Assembly (NCBI RefSeq): GCF_000012345.1
Contig: NC_007205.1
Coordinates: forward strand, 720,001 to 752,000
Length of the DNA: 32,000 nt
Reading direction: 5' to 3'
Source of the DNA: Candidatus Pelagibacter ubique HTCC1062
GTDB lineage: Bacteria; Pseudomonadota; Alphaproteobacteria; Pelagibacterales; Pelagibacteraceae
Below the pieces are notes generated by a model. The model was not told the DNA's origin, ran no database searches, and saw only the letters and a list, made by a program, of their open reading frames with translations. Positions 25,724 to 32,000 of the stretch are shown here, piece after piece. The position numbers and the translations under genes were made by a program. How positions within the stretch are numbered: the first letter of the stretch is position 1; each line of letters begins with the position of its first letter.

Positions 25724-26983
25724 ATGAAAATGAAGAAACTGATAGTTGCTTTAATAGCTCTAGCTCTTACTCCAAGTGTTTCATTTGCAGCACCTAAGGC
25801 TGAGGTATTGCACTGGTGGACAGGTGGTGGTGAAGCAAAAGCTTTAAAAGTATTACAAGATGAGTTTGCTGCACAAAATGGAGTTTGGTTAGACATGCCT
25901 GTTTCTGGTGGTGGTGGAGATGCAGCAATGCAAACACTAAAAGCTAGAATAGTTGCTAACGATGCACCAGCAGCAGCTCAAATTAAAGGTCCTACAATTC
26001 AAGAGTACGATGAAGAGGGTGTAGTTGCACCTTACAACATTGATGCTGTTGCAAAAAAAGAGGGTTGGGACAATCTTTTAAGTAAGCAAGTTGCTAGTCA
26101 TATGAAATGTGATGATGGTAAAGCGTATTGTGCTGCACCTGTAAACATTCACAGAATTGACTGGATCTGGGCTAATAAAAAAGTTCTAGATTCTAATGGT
26201 ATTAAAATGCCTTCTACTTGGGCAGAGTTTAATGCTGCTGCGGATAAACTACAAGCAAATGGAATTATTCCTTTAGCTCATGGTAGTCAACCTTGGCAAG
26301 ATGCAACAGTATTTGAAGCTGTAGCTCTTGGTGTCGGTGGTAATGATTTCTACAGAAAAGCTTTTGTAGATTTAGATGCTGCTACGTTAGGTGGATCAAC
26401 TATGACTAAAGTGTTTGATCAAATGAGAAAACTTAAAGGTTACACTGATGCTGGTTCTCCAGGTAGAGACTGGAACGTTGCTACTGGTATGGTAATGGAA
26501 GGCAAAGCTGCTTTTCAAATCATGGGTGATTGGGCAAAAGGTGAATTTGCTGCTAACAACATGGCACCAGGAAAAGATTATATCTGTGCGCCAACTCCAT
26601 CTAACAATGGATATCTTTACAATGTAGACTCATTTATTTTCTACAAAGTTAAAGGTAAAGATAAAGTTGAAGGTCAAAAACTACTTGCTAGCTTAATGAT
26701 GGGAAAAAACTTCCAAAAAGTTTTCAACATCTATAAAGGTTCGATACCTGCAAGATTAGATGTTTCTATGGATGAGTTTGATATGTGTGCTAAAAAATCA
26801 AACGCAGACTTAAAAACTGCTGGTTCTAAGGGTGGATTACTACCAAGTTTTGCTCACGGTATGGCATTAAGACTTGCACAAAAAGGTGCTATTCAAGATG
26901 TAGTTACTGAGCATTTCAATTCAAATATGTCTTCATCTGATGCTGCTAAAAAACTAGCTGCAGCAGTTAAGGCTTCGCTATAA
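25724..26983 (+). CDS. Sugar ABC transporter periplasmic substrate-binding protein, family 1
   Basis: 419 aa with a signal peptide (MKMKKLIVALIALALTPSVSFAAP). It has SBP_bac_1-like composition, is visibly more GC/Ala/Gly-rich than its neighbours, and is followed by two permeases and an ATPase. Confidence 0.9.
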   Translation: MKMKKLIVALIALALTPSVSFAAPKAEVLHWWTGGGEAKALKVLQDEFAAQNGVWLDMPVSGGGGDAAMQTLKARIVANDAPAAAQIKGPTIQEYDEEGVVAPYNIDAVAKKEGWDNLLSKQVASHMKCDDGKAYCAAPVNIHRIDWIWANKKVLDSNGIKMPSTWAEFNAAADKLQANGIIPLAHGSQPWQDATVFEAVALGVGGNDFYRKAFVDLDAATLGGSTMTKVFDQMRKLKGYTDAGSPGRDWNVATGMVMEGKAAFQIMGDWAKGEFAANNMAPGKDYICAPTPSNNGYLYNVDSFIFYKVKGKDKVEGQKLLASLMMGKNFQKVFNIYKGSIPARLDVSMDEFDMCAKKSNADLKTAGSKGGLLPSFAHGMALRLAQKGAIQDVVTEHFNSNMSSSDAAKKLAAAVKASL

Positions 26984-27002
26984 TAAAAAAAAGTACGTTA
27001 AA

Positions 27003-27034
27003 ATCTGCGCTTTCATAAAAATGATAGCGCAGAT
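27003..27034 (+). other. Intercistronic stem-loop between the binding-protein and permease genes
   Basis: ATCTGCGCT (27003-27011) pairs with AGCGCAGAT (27026-27034) as a perfect 9 bp. An inner TCAT/ATGA adds 4 bp after a T-T mismatch, leaving an AAAA loop. No U-tract follows. Confidence 0.6.
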
Positions 27035-27046
27035 CTAATTAAAAAT

Positions 27047-27919
27047 ATGTTTTGGTTAAAAAAAAATTTACCTAAATTAGTTCTAGTACCATCACTTGGA
27101 ATTTTATCTTGGTTTGTGTATGGTTTTATTTTTTGGACGATTTATATTTCTTTTACAAAATCTAAGATGCTACCAAGGTACGAAATTTGGGGGATAGATC
27201 AGTATATTAGATTATGGAATATGCCAAGATGGCATGTAGCAGTTGAAAATTTACTAATATTTACAGTGTTATTTATAATCTTATGTATTGCTATTGGAAT
27301 TCTTCTTTCAATATTACTGGACCAAAAGATTAGAGCAGAAGGTTTTTTAAGAACAATTTATTTATACCCTATGGCTTTATCGTTCATAGTGACAGGAACA
27401 GCTTGGAAATGGGTTCTAAATCCAACACTAGGCATTGAAAAGTTTGTTAATGATATGGGTTTTGAAACCTTTAAATTTGATTGGTTAGTAACACCAGAAA
27501 TGTCAATCTACACGATAGTAATAGCCGGTGTATGGCAATCTTCCGGATTTATTATGGCAATTTTTTTAGCAGGCCTGAGATCGGTTGATGATGAAATTAT
27601 TAAAGCTGCAAAAATAGATGGTGCAGGAATTTTTTCAATTTATAGTAAAATTATTCTTCCAATGATGAGACCAGTTTTTATGAGTGCAATAGTAATTTTG
27701 GTTCATTTATCAATCAAGAGTTATGATTTAATTATAGCACTAACCTCAGGTGGGCCAGGAATTTCATCAGATATGCCCGCAGTGTTTATGACTGCTATGG
27801 CTTTTCATAGAAGTGAAGTGGGACTAGCATCTGCAAGTGCGATAATGATGTTTTTAACAGTATCTGCAATTGTTGTGCCGTATTTGTATTCAGAATTAAA
27901 GAGGGAAAATGCAAGATAA
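27047..27919 (+). CDS. Sugar ABC transporter permease, MalF/UgpA-like
   Basis: 290 aa, 6 TM helices, with EAA loop DEIIKAAKIDGAGIFSIYSKIILP. Confidence 0.9.
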   Translation: MFWLKKNLPKLVLVPSLGILSWFVYGFIFWTIYISFTKSKMLPRYEIWGIDQYIRLWNMPRWHVAVENLLIFTVLFIILCIAIGILLSILLDQKIRAEGFLRTIYLYPMALSFIVTGTAWKWVLNPTLGIEKFVNDMGFETFKFDWLVTPEMSIYTIVIAGVWQSSGFIMAIFLAGLRSVDDEIIKAAKIDGAGIFSIYSKIILPMMRPVFMSAIVILVHLSIKSYDLIIALTSGGPGISSDMPAVFMTAMAFHRSEVGLASASAIMMFLTVSAIVVPYLYSELKRENAR

Positions 27920-28811
27920 AGAAAAATTAAATCTTAATAGATTAGAAGCAAATTCTAAAAGAAAAAATATTATCTATAGATGGATTTTATATTTTATATT
28001 AGGAATTTTTGTATTTTATTATTTAACTCCACTATATGTAATGATTGTAACATCATTTAAAACTATGCCAGAAATTAGACAGGGTAATTTATTTTCTTTA
28101 CCAGAATCTATTAAGTTTGATGCTTGGAAACAGGCCTGGGATGGAGCTGGATTTACAGGAGGTGATGTTGTTCTTAAACCTTATTTTTGGAATTCTATTA
28201 AGTTAGTAGTCCCAGCAGTTATAATATCAACTTTACTTGGAGCTATTAACGGTTACGCTTTAACAAAATGGAGATTTAAAGGAGATTCATATATATTTCT
28301 ATTATTTTTATTTGGAACTTTTATACCCTATCAAGCAATATTATTACCAATGGCTAGAACTCTAGGTGTCCTAGGAATGTCAAATTCAATAAGTGGGCTA
28401 ATATTAGTTCATGTAGTATATGGAGTTTGTTTTACAACATTATTCTGCAGAAATTATTATGTATCTATTTCAGATGAAATGGTAAGAGCTGCAAGAATTG
28501 ATGGAGCAGGATTCTTTAAAATATTTTTTAAAATTATCCTACCAATTTCTATTCCTATACTAGTTGTAACTGTCATTTGGCAATTCACACAAGTATGGAA
28601 TGATTTTTTATTTGGAGCTACTTTTTCATTTGGGGAAGCAGCACCAATTCAAGTAGCCCTTAATAATTTGGTATTAACAAGTACAGCTGTCAAAAGATAT
28701 AACGTAGATATGGCAGCAGCAATTATTACAGGTGTTCCAACATTAATAGTTTATATTCTTGCTGGAAATTATTTTATTAAAGGACTAACAGCAGGATCAG
28801 TGAAAGGATAA
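27909..28811 (+). CDS. Sugar ABC transporter permease, MalG/UgpE-like
   Basis: 300 aa with EAA loop DEMVRAARIDGAGFFKIFFKIILP. A GAGGGA SD lies inside the upstream gene, and the two genes overlap by 11 nt. Confidence 0.9.
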   Translation: MQDKEKLNLNRLEANSKRKNIIYRWILYFILGIFVFYYLTPLYVMIVTSFKTMPEIRQGNLFSLPESIKFDAWKQAWDGAGFTGGDVVLKPYFWNSIKLVVPAVIISTLLGAINGYALTKWRFKGDSYIFLLFLFGTFIPYQAILLPMARTLGVLGMSNSISGLILVHVVYGVCFTTLFCRNYYVSISDEMVRAARIDGAGFFKIFFKIILPISIPILVVTVIWQFTQVWNDFLFGATFSFGEAAPIQVALNNLVLTSTAVKRYNVDMAAAIITGVPTLIVYILAGNYFIKGLTAGSVKG

Positions 28812-28812
28812 T

Positions 28813-29913
28813 ATGGCAACTTTAAAAATTAATGACATCAATAAAAACTTTGGAAAAACTGAAGTTTTAAAAGGAATTAATCTAGATATTAAACACGGTG
28901 AATTTCTTGTACTTTTAGGACCATCTGGGTGTGGAAAATCTACATTGTTAAATACAATTGCAGGTCTAGAAACATCCAATAGCGGGGATATTTTGATAGA
29001 CGATCATAATGTAAATAATATGGAGCCAAGTGATAGAGATATTGCTTTAGTGTTCCAGTCTTATGCTCTTTATCCAGCAATGACTGTTAGAAAAAACGTT
29101 ACCTTTGGACTGGAACAAAGAAAAACTCCAAAAGAAAAAATAGAAAAAGCATTAAATGATGTTTCTAATTTATTACAAATAACACAACTGTTAGACAGAA
29201 AACCATCTCAATTATCTGGTGGTCAACGTCAACGGGTTGCAATGGGTAGAGCGTTAGTAAGAGACCCCAAAATTTTTCTATTTGATGAACCGTTATCAAA
29301 TCTTGATGCAAAATTAAGAGTTGAAATGAGAAGAGAAATAAAAAAACTACATCAAAAACTTGGAACTACAATAGTTTATGTTACACATGATCAAACGGAA
29401 GCTATGAGCTTAGGTACAAATATTGCAATTATGGATCATGGATTAATTCAACAATGTGATACACCTAAAAATATTTACAATAAACCTGAAAGTGTCTTTG
29501 TTGCAGATTTTATTGGATCTCCATCAATGAATTTGATTGAAGGTAAATTAAAGAAACATGATAATAATATTATTTTTATGCCCAATGGTTCAAATGATAG
29601 TATTAAAATACCAGTTGGGAACTACTCTTTTAAAAATAAATTTGAAAACACTGAACTAACTACTTATTTAGGAATTAGACCAGAACACATTTACTTTGAT
29701 AAAATTAATCCTGATTGTTTTGAAATTGATTTAAAGTCGGAGCTTTTAGAATACACAGGTCATGAGCAAATAGTAACGTTTGATTATCTTGGACAACAAG
29801 TTCTTGGTAAGTTTGCATCTACATTTGATATAGAAATAAATAAAGAATTAAAATTAAATATTGATACATCTCAAATTTCTTTATTTGATAAAGATTCAAA
29901 AAAGAGGATTTAA
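28813..29913 (+). CDS. Sugar ABC transporter ATP-binding protein, MalK/UgpC-like
   Basis: 366 aa with Walker A GPSGCGKST, Q-loop, signature LSGGQRQR and Walker B IFLFDEPLSNLD, plus a C-terminal regulatory/TOBE-like domain. Confidence 0.95.
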   Translation: MATLKINDINKNFGKTEVLKGINLDIKHGEFLVLLGPSGCGKSTLLNTIAGLETSNSGDILIDDHNVNNMEPSDRDIALVFQSYALYPAMTVRKNVTFGLEQRKTPKEKIEKALNDVSNLLQITQLLDRKPSQLSGGQRQRVAMGRALVRDPKIFLFDEPLSNLDAKLRVEMRREIKKLHQKLGTTIVYVTHDQTEAMSLGTNIAIMDHGLIQQCDTPKNIYNKPESVFVADFIGSPSMNLIEGKLKKHDNNIIFMPNGSNDSIKIPVGNYSFKNKFENTELTTYLGIRPEHIYFDKINPDCFEIDLKSELLEYTGHEQIVTFDYLGQQVLGKFASTFDIEINKELKLNIDTSQISLFDKDSKKRI

Positions 29914-30675
29914 ATGACAGCTATTTATGAAGATTTAAAAAATAAAAGAGTTTTTGTAACTGGAGGCGGTTCTGGTATTGGTGCCTCTATCGTAGAGCAT
30001 TTCTGTGAACAAGGTTCAGAAGTATATTTTATAGATATAAATGAGAAAGCATCAAATAAATTAGTTTTAGAATGTAAAAATAAAAATTTTTCTGTTCCTA
30101 CTTTTATAAAGTGTGACCTATTAAATATAAAAGATTTACAAAATACTATATCAAAAATTATTGATAATAATGGAGCAATCGATGTTTTGGTAAATAATGC
30201 AGCAAATGATGAGAGACATTCTATCGATGAAGTAACTGAGGAATTTTGGAACGAAAGAATGAATATTAATTTAAGACATTATTTTTTTACAGTTCAGTCA
30301 GTTAAAAAAGCAATGATAGCAAATAAAAGTGGCTCCATTATAAATATTGGGTCTGTTTCATGGATGATTGGACAAGGTGGAATGGCTGCTTATACTGCTG
30401 CTAAATCTGGCGTTGTGGGTTTAACGAGATCTTTTGCAAGAGACCTTGGTGAGTTTGATATAAGAGTAAATTCAGTAGTTCCTGGTTGGGTGATGACAGA
30501 GAGACAAGTTGAGAAATGGTTAACACCTGAGTCTGAGGCAGATATGTTAAAAAAACAGTGTTTAAAACATAAGTTAATGCCCTCAGATATAGCTAAAACA
30601 GTTCTATTTTTTGGTTCTGATGCTTCATCTGGATGTACTAATCAAGATTATGTAGTCGATAAAGGTTGGTTATAA
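29914..30675 (+). CDS. SDR-family oxidoreductase, candidate sugar 1-dehydrogenase
   Basis: 253 aa with [12 protein letters not shown], and catalytic S...YTAAK. It sits between the ABC ATPase and a sugar-acid dehydratase. Confidence 0.8.
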   Translation: MTAIYEDLKNKRVFVTGGGSGIGASIVEHFCEQGSEVYFIDINEKASNKLVLECKNKNFSVPTFIKCDLLNIKDLQNTISKIIDNNGAIDVLVNNAANDERHSIDEVTEEFWNERMNINLRHYFFTVQSVKKAMIANKSGSIINIGSVSWMIGQGGMAAYTAAKSGVVGLTRSFARDLGEFDIRVNSVVPGWVMTERQVEKWLTPESEADMLKKQCLKHKLMPSDIAKTVLFFGSDASSGCTNQDYVVDKGWL

Positions 30676-30689
30676 TAAAATTCACAAAA

Positions 30690-32000
30690 ATGAAAAAAAA
30701 AGAATTAAGAAGCAAACAGTGGTTTGATAATCCAAATGATCCAGCTCTTACTGCTCTATATTTAGAAAGATATCTAAATTATGGAATGACAAGACAAGAA
30801 TTGCAATCTGGAAAGCCTATAATCGGAATTGCTCAATCTGGTAGTGATCTATCACCATGTAATAGACATTTTCAAGAATTAAGTAGTAGAATTAAGGATG
30901 GGATTAGACAGGCGGGAGGAATACCCATTGAATTCCCAACTCATCCTATTCAAGAAACAGGTAAAAGGCCTACAGCTGGTTTGGATAGAAACTTATCTTA
31001 CTTGTCTTTAGTAGAAGTTTTATTTGGCTATCCTATAGATGGAGTAATTTTAACAACTGGTTGTGATAAAACTACGCCAGCAGCATTAATGGCTGCGGCA
31101 ACTGTAAATATACCAGCAATAGTTTTATCAGGTGGTCCGATGCTTGATGGAAGTTATAAAGGAAAAAAAGTAGGTTCTGGAACTGTAGTTTGGGAAGCGA
31201 GAAAACTGCACGCAAAAGGAGAAATTACATATGATGAATTTATGGACATGGTTGCTGCATCAGCACCAAGCATAGGTCATTGTAATACAATGGGAACAGC
31301 TTCATCTATGAACTCTATTGCAGAAGCATTAGGAATGTCTTTAACAGGCTGTGCGGTTATACCTGCTCCATACAGGGAAAGATCACAAATTTCATTTGAA
31401 ACAGGAAAAAGAATTGTTGATATGGTTCATGAAGATTTAACACCTTCAAAAATCATGACTAAAGAAGCATTCGAAAATGCAATATTAGTTGCAAGTGCAA
31501 TAGGAGCTTCAAGTAATTGTCCACCACATCTCACAGCAATAGCAAGACATATGGGTTTAGAATTAGATATAGAAAATTGGCAAACAATAGGTCACGATAT
31601 CCCATTACTTGTAAATTGTCAGCCAGCTGGCGAACATTTGATGGAAAGATTTTATAGAGCAGGAGGGGTTCCTGCAATTATGCAAGAATTATTAAAAAAT
31701 AATAAATTACACAAAAACGTACTTACAGTATCAGGGAAAACTGTAGAAGAAAATTTAAAGATTAAAATAGATGTAGATAGTGATGTTATTAAATCATTTG
31801 AAAATCCACTAGTAGAAAATGCAGGTTATATCGTTATGAGAAGTAATTTTTTTAGTTCTGCTGTTATGAAAACATCAGTTATTAGTGATGAGTTTAGAAA
31901 AAGATATTTATCAGATCCAAAAAATAAAAATGTATTTGAAGCTAATGCCGTAGTATTTGAAGGACCAGAGGATTACCATTCAAGAATAAACGACGAAAAG
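30690..32000 (+). CDS. IlvD/Edd-family sugar-acid dehydratase (xylonate/arabonate/gluconate dehydratase-like), N-terminal 437 codons; continues beyond the window
   Basis: My own translation reads [61 protein letters not shown]...[37 protein letters not shown]. It is closely collinear with Caulobacter XylD-type dehydratases as I recall them. The frame is open to position 32000, so it is not in the ORF track. Confidence 0.9.
   Translation, partial: MKKKELRSKQWFDNPNDPALTALYLERYLNYGMTRQELQSGKPIIGIAQSGSDLSPCNRHFQELSSRIKDGIRQAGGIPIEFPTHPIQETGKRPTAGLDRNLSYLSLVEVLFGYPIDGVILTTGCDKTTPAALMAAATVNIPAIVLSGGPMLDGSYKGKKVGSGTVVWEARKLHAKGEITYDEFMDMVAASAPSIGHCNTMGTASSMNSIAEALGMSLTGCAVIPAPYRERSQISFETGKRIVDMVHEDLTPSKIMTKEAFENAILVASAIGASSNCPPHLTAIARHMGLELDIENWQTIGHDIPLLVNCQPAGEHLMERFYRAGGVPAIMQELLKNNKLHKNVLTVSGKTVEENLKIKIDVDSDVIKSFENPLVENAGYIVMRSNFFSSAVMKTSVISDEFRKRYLSDPKNKNVFEANAVVFEGPEDYHSRINDEK

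Noticed and set aside
25724-26983. Visibly higher GC content of the binding-protein gene (and of glnA and aldB) as a sign of horizontal transfer.
   Set aside because: The gene is embedded in a co-directional operon with normal junctions and no mobile-element or tRNA boundaries. The skew tracks Ala/Gly-rich amino-acid composition and probable high expression, and it is shared by other housekeeping genes in the window.
1-32000. A window-wide look for CRISPR arrays, tandem repeats, IS or transposase and integrase genes, toxin-antitoxin pairs, phage or defence genes, tRNA and rRNA.
   Set aside because: None found. Every substantial ORF has a recognisable housekeeping or metabolic family. The few spacers longer than 100 nt are described individually and show no repeat-spacer periodicity or tRNA-like GC-rich cloverleaf segments.

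Overview
AT-rich (roughly 30% GC by eye), extremely gene-dense window. Many genes abut or overlap by 1-11 nt and most spacers are under 50 nt. Composition, packing and gene content fit a streamlined marine alphaproteobacterium of the SAR11 / Candidatus Pelagibacter type; this is inference, as no search was run. I support 38 protein-coding genes plus one candidate small ORF. I found no rRNA, tRNA, CRISPR array, IS element, integrase or phage gene.

Layout:
- 1-2423: tyrS (5' part, minus strand), anmK, and a small alpha/beta hydrolase.
- 2560-8724: nine-gene iscR-sufBCDS-sufU-sufT-sufA Fe-S assembly operon, preceded by a near-consensus IscR type-1 operator over its promoter.
- 8960-12777: glnA, a ybaK-like deacylase, an EamA transporter, and a homocysteine S-methyltransferase with a pseudoknot-forming leader that looks like SAM-II/SAM-V riboswitches.
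- 12939-15088: a 2OG-oxygenase-like protein, a TauE/SafE exporter, moaB, and a DUF1244 protein.
- 15368-17311: aldB-like aldehyde dehydrogenase plus DUF779.
- 17308-21057 (minus strand): moaA-moaC-moaD-moaE-msrP-msrQ operon.
- 21093-32000: PhyH-family dioxygenase, GYD protein, then a carbohydrate cluster with an aldehyde dehydrogenase, SDR, ROK kinase, four-gene sugar ABC importer, second SDR and an IlvD/Edd dehydratase that runs off the window.

I did not find a discrete novel multi-gene system such as defence, secretion or a mobile island. This looks like core genome. The stretches the gene models do not explain are:
- the 279-nt strand-asymmetric A-rich, lysine-codon tract in frame with the aldB-like gene;
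- the 235-nt sufA/glnA spacer holding an uncalled 56-codon ORF;
- the tandem-looking riboswitch-like leader;
- an 18-bp perfect palindrome upstream of the sugar-binding-protein gene;
- a ROK kinase that has lost the Zn-binding cysteine motif;
- a Moco biosynthesis operon fused to msrPQ.
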